From: Ramlibacter sp.
GTDB lineage: Bacteria > Pseudomonadota > Gammaproteobacteria > Burkholderiales > Burkholderiaceae_C
Length of the DNA: 64,000 nt
Reading direction: 5' to 3'
Assembly (NCBI GenBank): GCA_035460205.1
Contig: DATHWV010000066.1
Span: 33,411 to 97,410 of the forward strand
Part shown: piece after piece, positions 54,401 to 62,824 of the stretch
Layout of the letters: the number at the start of each line of letters is the position of its first letter
Position numbering within the stretch: the stretch's first letter is position 1
Program-made: the position numbers and the translations under genes
Notes under the pieces: generated by a model
The model's database searches: none
What the model was told of the DNA's origin: nothing
Seen by the model: the letters and a program-made list of their open reading frames with translations, nothing else

Positions 54401-56044
54401 TTGGAAAGCACGAACAGGATCAATTCAACCGCCAGCCTCTTGATGCTGACCATGGGTGTTCTTTCGGGATGCGGCGGCGGCGGCGGCGACGGCGCACCGG
54501 CTCCTGCACCCGCACCGGCTCCTGCACCCGCTCCGGCTCCTGCACCCGCACCGGCTCCTGCACCCGCACCGGCTCCTGCACCCGCTCCGGCTCCTGCACC
54601 CGCTCCGGCTCCGGCTCCTGCACCCGCTCCGGCTCCTGCACCCGCTCCGGCTCCTGCACCCGCTCCGGCTCCTGCGCCCGCTCCGGCTCCTGCACCCGCT
54701 CCGGCTCCTGCACCCGCTCCGGCTCCTGCACCCGCTCCGGCTCCTGCACCCGCTCCGGCCCCTGCACCCGCTCCGGCCCCTGCGCCTGCTCCAACTCCGC
54801 TGACGATGAGCTGCGTGGAAGGCGTGAGCTATCAGTGCAGCGGCGCCGACATCCTCAGAACCAACAACGGTGTGGCGCTGACCCGCTCGGGCGTTCAGGT
54901 CTACGGCCGCTCGACGGGCGATGTCCTCAATCCGACGAACGCGAACATTGCAACCGGGTTGGCATTGGCCACGGGCGGTACGGCCGAGATCCGTTCGCAC
55001 CGGACCGGCGGCAATCCGGACAAGGTGGCGCTGCTGCTGAAGAACATGGGGATCCGATGGGACGCCACCAGCGAGCGGCCGCAGATCATCGAGTTGTTCG
55101 ACCCCACGGGGCCGCTCGATTCGCTGTCGACCAGCCGGGTCGAACTCGGCGGCAGTGGCGCGCTCGTCTACAGCACGTTGCCGCCGACCAGCGATCTGGG
55201 GTTCTACGATTTTGGAACGCTCGGGGCGAACGGCACGCAGGCCCATTACGCCAACAACCGCTACTTCCCGCGTACCGACCCGGCGCGTTGCGACACGCCG
55301 CCGTGCGCGACGGAGCTGGAAACAACCGGACTGAACTTCACTGCAGGCAGTTGGCCCGGCGGAGTCCGCCCTGACGTCCTGGGCGGCCAACGCTTACACG
55401 AAGACGGAGACATCCATGCTGGCGACGCGCCCGGCGGCGGCTTCTTGCCCGGCGGCAATGGTGTGGGCGTGCCCTTCCCCGGCTCCAAGGGCGTGCGCGA
55501 GATCGTCCAGTGGAGCTACCAGTACAGCAACATCGGCTACTGGGCCACTCGCGACACCGTCGATCTGGCGGAGTGGTCGGTCCCGGGCAGCTTCGAGCAC
55601 AACACGGCCCGCTCTGGCGTCGTCACCTACGGCCAGGTCACCGATCCGGCCACCGTACCCGCGTCGGGCACCTTCAGCTACGACGGATTCGTGTACGGAT
55701 CGTACGCACCGGACGGCGTCCAGGACCAAGAAAACTTCACGGGTGACGCAACGGTCATGGTGGATTACGCGGCGCGCACGGTCACGGTCACGGTTTTCAA
55801 TTGCGTGGTGTCGGGAACCGCGACTCCGGTGCCTGTCAGCTTCGTTTCCGTCATCAACATCAGCGGAACCGCCGGCGAAGAGAACTACGCGACCGGAACC
55901 ATTGCCGGCGGCCTGAGCGGCGGCATCAGCAACCGTTTCTTCGGCCCGGTGAGCGGTGGCACGACGCCCGAGGTAGGCGGCGCCTTCTCGCTCACCGGTG
56001 CAGGTGGCGCGGCGGTCGTGGCCGGGTATATCGCCTATCGCTGA
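54401..56044 (+). CDS. Lipoprotein with an (Ala-Pro)50 stalk and a C-terminal TbpB-like beta-barrel
   Basis: Lipobox LSG-C-GGGGG, 100-aa AP repeat, and C-terminus VPASGTFSYDG..VDY..TV..RFFGP..PEVGGAFSL. Start uncertain (TTG at 54401). Confidence 0.75.
   Translation: MESTNRINSTASLLMLTMGVLSGCGGGGGDGAPAPAPAPAPAPAPAPAPAPAPAPAPAPAPAPAPAPAPAPAPAPAPAPAPAPAPAPAPAPAPAPAPAPAPAPAPAPAPAPAPAPAPAPAPAPAPAPAPAPTPLTMSCVEGVSYQCSGADILRTNNGVALTRSGVQVYGRSTGDVLNPTNANIATGLALATGGTAEIRSHRTGGNPDKVALLLKNMGIRWDATSERPQIIELFDPTGPLDSLSTSRVELGGSGALVYSTLPPTSDLGFYDFGTLGANGTQAHYANNRYFPRTDPARCDTPPCATELETTGLNFTAGSWPGGVRPDVLGGQRLHEDGDIHAGDAPGGGFLPGGNGVGVPFPGSKGVREIVQWSYQYSNIGYWATRDTVDLAEWSVPGSFEHNTARSGVVTYGQVTDPATVPASGTFSYDGFVYGSYAPDGVQDQENFTGDATVMVDYAARTVTVTVFNCVVSGTATPVPVSFVSVINISGTAGEENYATGTIAGGLSGGISNRFFGPVSGGTTPEVGGAFSLTGAGGAAVVAGYIAYR
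54494..54793 (+). repeat. In-frame tandem repeat, 18-bp unit GCTCCTGCACCCGC(T/A)CCG, 300 bp, encoding 50 Ala-Pro dipeptides
   Basis: Read directly from the sequence; one extra 6-bp GCTCCG near 54608 and a few synonymous variants at the 3' end. Confidence 0.97.
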
Positions 56045-56129
56045 AACGGTCTTCGGCAGAGACGAAACGCGGCGCGGCGGTTCGTTGCAGCCGACTTCGC
56101 AACGATCAAATGTTCGGCGTGGACACAGA

Positions 56130-56948
56130 ATGAAAAATGCATTGATCGCAGGCCTTCCCATCAGCACGGCCACCGAGGCGGAGGTGCTGGAGGCCATGGC
56201 GCGTGAGATCGCTGAGAAATCCGCCGGCCACATCGTGTCCATCACGAACACCGAAACGCTCTACCACGGCCTCCACAACCCGGTGATCGAACGCCACATC
56301 CGGACGGCCGATTTCTCTTTGTGCGACGGGGTCGGCGTGGTCGTTGCGGGCTGGGCGTGGGGGCACAGCGTCAAGCGCGTCACGGGCCCGCACCTGCAAC
56401 TGGCGGCCTCACACTACGGGCAGGCTAGGAAATGGCGGCACTTCTTCTACGGTGGCAAAGACGGCGTCGCGGAGCAAATGGCGGCACGTTTGACAGCTCG
56501 ATATCCTGAACTGATCGTCTGCGGCACGTATTCACCGCCGTTCAAGGCGCTGAGCGTCGAAGAAGATCAATCCATCGTCGATCGGATCAACGCCACGCAA
56601 CCGGACATCGTCTGGGTCGGCCTCGGATTGCCAAAACAGGAAACCTGGATCCAAGAGCATGTGGGGCGGGTCAACGCTCCATGGATGATCGGAGTCGGCG
56701 CCGCCTTCGACTATCACGCAGGAACGGTTCCCTGGGCACCACCCATTTTCCGGGCGATCGGCCTCGAGTGGGTGTTCCGGTTGGTTCGGGAGCCGCGGCT
56801 GCGCGCCCCCCGCTACGCACGCTCCTTGGTGTTCGTGATTCGCGCGGGTCTCGAAGGCCTGTTCAAGTTCCGCTTTTTGCGCCCAACGTTCGCAGCTGGA
56901 GCAGGAGCCTCTCGCGCCAGCGGCTCCTCTTCAACCGCGTCACGCTGA
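56130..56948 (+). CDS. WecB/TagA/CpsF-family glycosyltransferase (GT26)
   Basis: CDGVGV, RVTGP, FFYGG, SPPF, VWVGLGLPKQE, GVGAAFD, GLEWVFRL..EPR. Confidence 0.93.
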   Translation: MKNALIAGLPISTATEAEVLEAMAREIAEKSAGHIVSITNTETLYHGLHNPVIERHIRTADFSLCDGVGVVVAGWAWGHSVKRVTGPHLQLAASHYGQARKWRHFFYGGKDGVAEQMAARLTARYPELIVCGTYSPPFKALSVEEDQSIVDRINATQPDIVWVGLGLPKQETWIQEHVGRVNAPWMIGVGAAFDYHAGTVPWAPPIFRAIGLEWVFRLVREPRLRAPRYARSLVFVIRAGLEGLFKFRFLRPTFAAGAGASRASGSSSTASR

Positions 56949-58145
56949 TCGGCCGCCCGTCAACGCGGAGAGCGTTCGCGGCGCATAACGCTCAGCAAGA
57001 TAGTAAGCCCCCAGGATCAGCAAGACCGTGCACGCCACCGCGCCGAAATAAATCGACAGCGCCGCCGCGCTGGAATTCGGCACGAACAGGACGTACATCG
57101 TCTTGCGCACGATCGTGAGCAGAGGCTCATGCGCAACGAAAAGCAAGAAGCTAGGCGCTGAAAGCCGTATCAACAGCGAACTTGTTTTCGGCATGCGGAG
57201 CAGGTACTGAGAAATCGTCAGCACGACGATCACACCCGCTAGATGCTTCAGGTGGGTCAAGGTTGAGGCGACCGGCCCGTCGGCAGGCACAAGTGCACCG
57301 GCGATCACCAACACCGATAGCACAGCACAGACCCACTTCAGATACGGGTCCATCACGAACAGATTCTTCTTGGCCATCGCCGCAGAAGCGCCAAAAGCAA
57401 AGAAGAAACAAGCCTGCACAGTGGGAACCTCATAAGGCCACGCATCAAGCAGCCAGAGTACCCCAAACATCGCGATCAGACTGTACTGGACGAAGCGCGG
57501 CAGCACGAAGTACAGCGGCGCGAGCAAGCACATCAAAAAGAGATCGCGCAAAAACCAGAGCGGATAAAGGATTGGGTCCCTGCTGATGCCGAGCAAAGCA
57601 TTGAGGTAATCAAACCATCCGAATTCGATGATCGGCTGACTCCACGCTCCCGACCCCGAAAAAAATACCCGCGTCGGACCGACGTTCTGCGCTGCAAGCA
57701 GCAAAAGAATTGCAATCGCATTCCAGACAATGAGCGGAGCCAAAACACTCCGCGCTCGACTGGACATCTTCTTGAATAACCAATCACCTCCACGATCGAA
57801 CCCCGTGAAGAACAGGTAACCGCTGATCAGAAAGAATGTTGGCATCCGGATGCCACCCAATCCATACGAAATAAAACCCTGTATGAATTGCGCCCAAACC
57901 GAAAGCGGGCCCGCCGACATATTAATGCCGTCGGCCAAGCGGACCGTTCCCATGCCGTTGTGGTGAAAAATGACGCTCACCACAAGCGGAAACCTGATGA
58001 CTTGAAGTCGTCGAATCAAGCTCGCCGCCGGGGTTTCAATTGCGACCCGCATGGCGGCGACCTTCCCAGGTTCTGGGAACGCGACATCGGCCGAGCTCAA
58101 TCTGCCGGCATCGCATTCTTCTACCGCAATACGACTTGAGGTCAC
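56940..58145 (-). CDS. Acyltransferase-3 family membrane O-acyltransferase
   Basis: IRFPLVVSVIFHH, PTFFLISGYLF, LWFLRDL, SFLLFVAH; about 10 TM helices. Start may be the ATG at 58052. Confidence 0.88.
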   Translation of the reverse strand: MTSSRIAVEECDAGRLSSADVAFPEPGKVAAMRVAIETPAASLIRRLQVIRFPLVVSVIFHHNGMGTVRLADGINMSAGPLSVWAQFIQGFISYGLGGIRMPTFFLISGYLFFTGFDRGGDWLFKKMSSRARSVLAPLIVWNAIAILLLLAAQNVGPTRVFFSGSGAWSQPIIEFGWFDYLNALLGISRDPILYPLWFLRDLFLMCLLAPLYFVLPRFVQYSLIAMFGVLWLLDAWPYEVPTVQACFFFAFGASAAMAKKNLFVMDPYLKWVCAVLSVLVIAGALVPADGPVASTLTHLKHLAGVIVVLTISQYLLRMPKTSSLLIRLSAPSFLLFVAHEPLLTIVRKTMYVLFVPNSSAAALSIYFGAVACTVLLILGAYYLAERYAPRTLSALTGGRSA

Positions 58146-58386
58146 GTTGTTGAACCTTCGGGAGCTCGCTTACACGTTGACATAGGCCTGCACATCTCGC
58201 CCATGATCTGCCGGCAAGCGAATCCGGCAAAGCGCCCGGCACCACACAGTACAAGGCAATTGACGAAGCCATTATGCACGGCGGTCCGGTGCGCGGCGCC
58301 CCTGAACCGAGGGGGACGACGCCCCGTCAGACTCTCGCCCTCGTGGTTTTCGCAACGCCATCCCTAGTTTTGGTCAACTAAAACTC

Positions 58387-59541
58387 CTACTCAGATCGAG
58401 CAGCAGCAATTGCCTCCTCATATATCGAGATCAATTGCTCGTAGTTTCTCGTCGCTGTGAAGTTATTCTCGTAATGCGCCCGCGCACGACACCCCATTTC
58501 TGCCATTGCAGTGGCGTTCGAGTGCGCCCATCGAATCTTGCTCGCCAGATCGTCAGCATTGCCTGGTTCGAATAGCAGGCCCGTCACACCGTCCTCGATC
58601 AGCTCCTCCAATGCGCCCAACCGACTGCCGATCACGGGCAGCCCGGCGGCATAGGCCTCGACGAGCGTCCGCGGAAAATTCTCGTACCAGATGCTCGGCA
58701 AGACGAGCGCCGTGGCCGTCTCCATCTGCTGGCGGACATCGTCACCTCCCAGCGCGCCCAACATATTTGCGTTGGGCACATCCTGGAGCTGGTGAGCTTC
58801 CGGGCCGGTCCCCGCAATGCGTAGGCATACCTCAGGCACCTGGCGCGCAGCTTCGGCCAGAACACCCGTCCCCTTTTCTGCCGAAAGACGGCCCACGAAC
58901 AGAAAACCGTCACGTTCAGTGCCCTGCGGGGCAGCGTAATCCACGAAATTCGGCTTGATGACAACTTTGTCCGCCGGCAGTCCTCCTTCGACGAACTTCC
59001 GGCGGCAAAAATCGTTCAACGCAATATATCGAGTGACCTTGTTTTTGTATGTGCCGATCGATCGATGCAGGCTGAGCATCCCCGTCAGTACGGCACTTTG
59101 CAGCTTGGACTTCCGATAGCACCCGCGTGTGACGGATCTCCACGTGGAATGCCCGACGCAATCTTCGCAGATCCGTCCTTCAAGCAAAAACATCGCCTGC
59201 GGGCAAATCAACCGGAAGTTATGCAAGGTCTGAACAACAGGTATGCCTTTCCTTGCTACCGCCCAATATATCGATGGCGAAATGAGAGGAAATGTATTGT
59301 GGACATGCACGATATCCGGGTGCCAGCCTGACATCGATTGATCGATTCGTTCGACGGACTCCCGAGACCACCAGGTCTGCTGCGCCAATGCGCCTTTGCC
59401 CATGCCTTCGATCTCGTTGTTATGACGGACGAATGCTCGGACGTCATGGCCTCGAGAACGCAACAACTGGGTCTCCGACTCGACGACCGCATCCTCCCCT
59501 CCGCGCTGCTGATAGGCGTTGTGAACTATGAGGATGCGCAT
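58387..59541 (-). CDS. Glycosyltransferase family 4
   Basis: MRILIVHNAYQQRGGED, HVHNTFP, TLHNFRLICP, FVGRLSAEKG, PSIWYENFP..EAYAAGLPV. Confidence 0.93.
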   Translation of the reverse strand: MRILIVHNAYQQRGGEDAVVESETQLLRSRGHDVRAFVRHNNEIEGMGKGALAQQTWWSRESVERIDQSMSGWHPDIVHVHNTFPLISPSIYWAVARKGIPVVQTLHNFRLICPQAMFLLEGRICEDCVGHSTWRSVTRGCYRKSKLQSAVLTGMLSLHRSIGTYKNKVTRYIALNDFCRRKFVEGGLPADKVVIKPNFVDYAAPQGTERDGFLFVGRLSAEKGTGVLAEAARQVPEVCLRIAGTGPEAHQLQDVPNANMLGALGGDDVRQQMETATALVLPSIWYENFPRTLVEAYAAGLPVIGSRLGALEELIEDGVTGLLFEPGNADDLASKIRWAHSNATAMAEMGCRARAHYENNFTATRNYEQLISIYEEAIAAARSE

Positions 59542-60165
59542 GGCCTTGAGTCGGTTGTCTTCGATTGGAATTTTGTCAGACGAATTCGAGCGGCCGTCCG
59601 GCGAGCCGCCGCTCCGCCGCACGGAGACAGGAACCCGGGGCACCCATCACGAAACAGAACGTGGAGAGTTGTAACAATTCCACACCGCGCCCCGGCGGGG
59701 GGACTCGTAACGAAGGCCACGCTTTCGTTCTCAACTGTGAGGGCGACCCGCGCCGCAAAGCGCCCGAGCCCACCCACCCCCTGACCTAGGGGGAGTCGTC
59801 AGCAGCTCGCCAGCTTTGGCGCGAGCGCAGCGCCAGTGCGCGCCGCCGACGGACCTGCATGCCTGCCGTTCTTCGGCATGTCGACATCGCAGGTCGCAAC
59901 CGATCCGCCGTCCCGCAGCGAACCCGAGTGTTCGCCTTGTTACCTCCACGCGGATCTCGATACAGCCCCTCCGCCGATCGATGCGAAAGTTCAATCATCG
60001 GTTGTGCCTTAGGTGCTTCACAAGGTGCATTAACTAGTGATCCAACGTGTACGGCATCAATTGTCTGCGTGTATTTCGAGATTAATTCGCATGAAACTCA
60101 TTTCCGCCGCCTCTGTTATCCACGCACAATTTGACAAGCAGCCTTACCAATATAATTATTCTCAC

Positions 60166-61824
60166 ATGCATTCCAGCGGCAACGACCGCTGGTTTTCACG
60201 TGCGGCCTCAATCCTGGCTCTGACCTCGGCCGCCGTTCTGCTGAGCGCTTGCGGCGGTGGCGGTGGTGGCGGTTCCGCAGACACAGCAACGGCACTGGAC
60301 GCCCCGGCCGACAGCAGCACAGCGGCCTTGGACGCCGACAGCAAGGTGAGCACGGCGGCGGCGACCGACTCGACCACCTGGACCGTCTGCGCCGCCGAAC
60401 GTCAGACCTGTTCGTTCACCGGGACACGCTCGGTCCGCTACGGCACCGCGACGAACTACGTCACACGCTCGTTCACGGGCGGCGTCGCCTGCGGCAACGC
60501 GGCCTTCGGTGATCCCGCCTACGGCTTGACCAAGACGTGCTGGGTCGGCCAGACGACGACGGCTGCCGTAACCCCCACGCCGTCGCCGACCCCGACCACC
60601 TCCGGCACCGCGACCTGGACCGAGTGCGCCGACGAGAACCAGCGCTGCGCCTTCACCGGCACCCGCTCGGTTCGCTACGGCACCACGAGCCAGTACGTCA
60701 CCAGAACCTATACCGGCGGTGTCGCCTGCAACAACAGCACCTTCGGCGACCCTGCCGTCGGACAGGACAAGAGTTGCTGGTACAACGGCGCGACGACGAC
60801 CACCACAACGGCGCCCGCCGTCACGGCACCCACCGTCTCCAAGCCCGCGGTCGAAACACCTGCGGTCACCACGCCGACGACCCCTTCGACGGCCTCGCCG
60901 GTGTCCGGTGGAGCCGGCCCGAGCGTCACATCGTTCACCGCCTCGGGCCCGATCACGGCGCGCACGGGCCAGGTGATCGAACGAGTGCGCGTGACCTCGT
61001 CGAGCGGCTCCTGCATCACCATTCCGACCGGCGTGACCAACGTGACGATCCGCGACTCCGAAATCGGACCTTGCGGACAACCGGGTGACACCAGCGCCAA
61101 GGGCATCGACATCCAGAGCGGCGCGTCGAACATCACCGTGCAGCGCAACTACATCCACGACATGGCCACCGCTCTGTACGCTGCCGGGGCTCGCCATCCC
61201 ATCATCTTCGATCGCAACCGCGTCACCAACATCCGCGGCCCCTTCCCCCGCGGCCAGATGGTGCAATTCAACGGCGTGAAGTCGGGAACGAGCGGCAGCA
61301 AGGTCACGTGCAACGTGTCCGACGTCCAAGGCGCCACGTACAGCAATGTCGAGGACCACATCAACATGTACGACTCCGGCGGCCTGTCGACTGACCGCAC
61401 CGAGATCGCGTACAACCGTCTGCGAGGTGGTTCCCCCACCAGCAACTCCGGCACGGCAATCATGGTCGGCGATGGAGCTTCGGGCGGCAACGCCTGGGTG
61501 CACCACAACACCATCGTCAACGTGCGCAACGTCGGGATCGGCGTGGCGGGCGGAACGAACATCGACGTCGAATCCAATCGGATCTACATGGACCGGGCGG
61601 CGACCTACACCAATGTCGGCCTGTACGTGTGGAGCCAAGGCGGCGGTTCGTGCAGCGGGCACTCAGTCACCGGCAACCGTGCTTGGGTGAACAGTTCCAA
61701 CGGTGCCCAGAATCCGTGGTGGAACGGCGGCAACTGCGGTGCGGTGGAACTGGTGAGCAACGTGTGGGGCGACACCTCGCTCTCCACCTCGATGTTCAAT
61801 GAGGTTCCCTCGCAATGCCAGTGA
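60166..61824 (+). CDS. Lipoprotein with two Cys-rich lectin-like repeats and a right-handed parallel beta-helix (pectate-lyase-like) domain
   Basis: Lipobox LSA-C-GGGGGG, two 55-aa repeats, a Thr/Pro linker, and beta-helix coils (NVTIRDSEI, NITVQRNYIHD, EIAYNRL, WVHHNTI, VESNRI). Confidence 0.82.
   Translation: MHSSGNDRWFSRAASILALTSAAVLLSACGGGGGGGSADTATALDAPADSSTAALDADSKVSTAAATDSTTWTVCAAERQTCSFTGTRSVRYGTATNYVTRSFTGGVACGNAAFGDPAYGLTKTCWVGQTTTAAVTPTPSPTPTTSGTATWTECADENQRCAFTGTRSVRYGTTSQYVTRTYTGGVACNNSTFGDPAVGQDKSCWYNGATTTTTTAPAVTAPTVSKPAVETPAVTTPTTPSTASPVSGGAGPSVTSFTASGPITARTGQVIERVRVTSSSGSCITIPTGVTNVTIRDSEIGPCGQPGDTSAKGIDIQSGASNITVQRNYIHDMATALYAAGARHPIIFDRNRVTNIRGPFPRGQMVQFNGVKSGTSGSKVTCNVSDVQGATYSNVEDHINMYDSGGLSTDRTEIAYNRLRGGSPTSNSGTAIMVGDGASGGNAWVHHNTIVNVRNVGIGVAGGTNIDVESNRIYMDRAATYTNVGLYVWSQGGGSCSGHSVTGNRAWVNSSNGAQNPWWNGGNCGAVELVSNVWGDTSLSTSMFNEVPSQCQ
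60379..60780 (+). repeat. Two intragenic 165-bp repeats (60379-60543 and 60616-60780)
   Basis: WTxCAxExQxCxFTGTRSVRYGT..YVTR..TGGVACxN..FGDPA.G..KxCW occurs twice. Confidence 0.93.
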
Positions 61825-61883
61825 TCCGTTCGTCTCAACACGAACGAGTGCGCCGGATCGACTGAGTCTGGAATTTTGAGCTG

Positions 61884-61917
61884 TGACGAAGGGCGGACGA
61901 AAGTCCGCCCTTCGTCA
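61884..61917. terminator. Perfect 15-bp hairpin with GAAA loop between convergent genes (probable terminator)
   Basis: TGACGAAGGGCGGAC-GAAA-GTCCGCCCTTCGTCA; no long U tract. Confidence 0.7.
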
Positions 61918-62016
61918 TGGGGAACGGGTCGCGGCCATCCTGCTCAGGTTCAACGCCAGGCACGCGCAGAGCCCCGGCCTCTCGTCCGTCAGCCAGGCTC
62001 TCAGGGCCTCTTCACG

Positions 62017-62205
62017 CTAACGAGGCGCCCGCGCCAATGCCGGGATCTCCGAGCGGCCGACAGCGAGATCCTTCAGTTCGTGCTCGGACAGGGCCTGCAG
62101 TTCACGCTCGGCGGCGAGGCGCCGGCGGCGCGTCGACAACGCCGCGCGCAGCCGGAGCAGCAGAGACGGCCGCAGGCCGGGTCCGGTGTCGGAATTCGGT
62201 GTCAT
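62017..62205 (-). CDS. Small DUF1127-family protein
   Basis: RRRRLAAERELQALSEHELKDLAVGRSEI matches the DUF1127 pattern; GAGGAG RBS. Confidence 0.8.
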   Translation of the reverse strand: MTPNSDTGPGLRPSLLLRLRAALSTRRRRLAAERELQALSEHELKDLAVGRSEIPALARAPR

Positions 62206-62235
62206 GGCAAGCACTCCTCGAAAGTTCATGCCGAC

Positions 62236-62811
62236 ATGGCGCAACCCACGGTCAGCCTGCACGTCAGCGAGCTGGAGTCCCGGCTCGGAACGCCGCTGGT
62301 CGTGCGCGGCAGCCGGCGGGTCTCGCCCACCGCCGCCGGCACGCTGGACATCGGCCTGATCGCCCTACCGCAGCCGCCGGTGCGCGACCTGGTGGTGACG
62401 CACTGGCGCAACGACCCGATGATGGCGTTCGTGCCGCCGCGCTGGCAGGTACCGAAGGCGGCCACGCCGAAGTGGCTGGCCGCGCAGCCGCTGATCTTCA
62501 ACGACGCGACGACGCGGATGTACCGGATGACGATGGAGTGGTTCGCCGCCGCCGGCCACGCGCCACGTGCACGCATCGAGCTCAACTACACCGAGGCGAT
62601 CAAGAGCCTGGTGGCCGCCGGCTACGGCGCCGCGATCCTGCCGATGGAGAGCTCGGCGGTCGCGGTGGCCGCGGGCACCGATCCCTTGCAGCTGATCCCG
62701 CTGCGGCCGGCGCTGACCCGCAGCCTCGGCGTGGCGCACCGTGTGCCGTCGTCGCTGGACGGCGCAACGCGGATCGTGCTCGCCACGCTGGAGCGCTTCA
62801 GGCAGCGCTGA
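62236..62811 (+). pseudogene. LysR-family regulator with N-terminal and internal in-frame deletions
   Basis: Starts mid-HTH (AQPTVSLHVSELESRLG..R..V.PTAAG) and jumps directly to TLDIGLI of the substrate-binding domain; ends with EAIKSLVAAGYG. Only 191 aa. Confidence 0.82.
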
Positions 62812-62824
62812 GCGCGGCCCTCTC

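Noticed and set aside
54494-54793. Possible CRISPR array
   Set aside because: The units are contiguous with no unique spacers, and there are no cas genes.
54420-55390. Alternate-frame repeat proteins (QEPERV)n, (LLHPLR)n, (SGSCTR)n, (SRSGCR)n
   Set aside because: By-products of the 18-bp tandem repeat; only the Ala-Pro frame has a lipobox and a downstream folded domain.
46137-60165. Sigma54 promoters or a c-di-GMP riboswitch in EPS intergenic regions
   Set aside because: The TGGC candidates checked lack GC at the required 10-nt spacing, and the GCAAA-containing segments lack the GEMM stem architecture.
61876-62235. N-terminal extension giving a 311-aa full-length LysR
   Set aside because: The extension runs through a terminator-like hairpin and the antisense DUF1127 gene and has no LysR similarity; the normal-looking length is coincidental.
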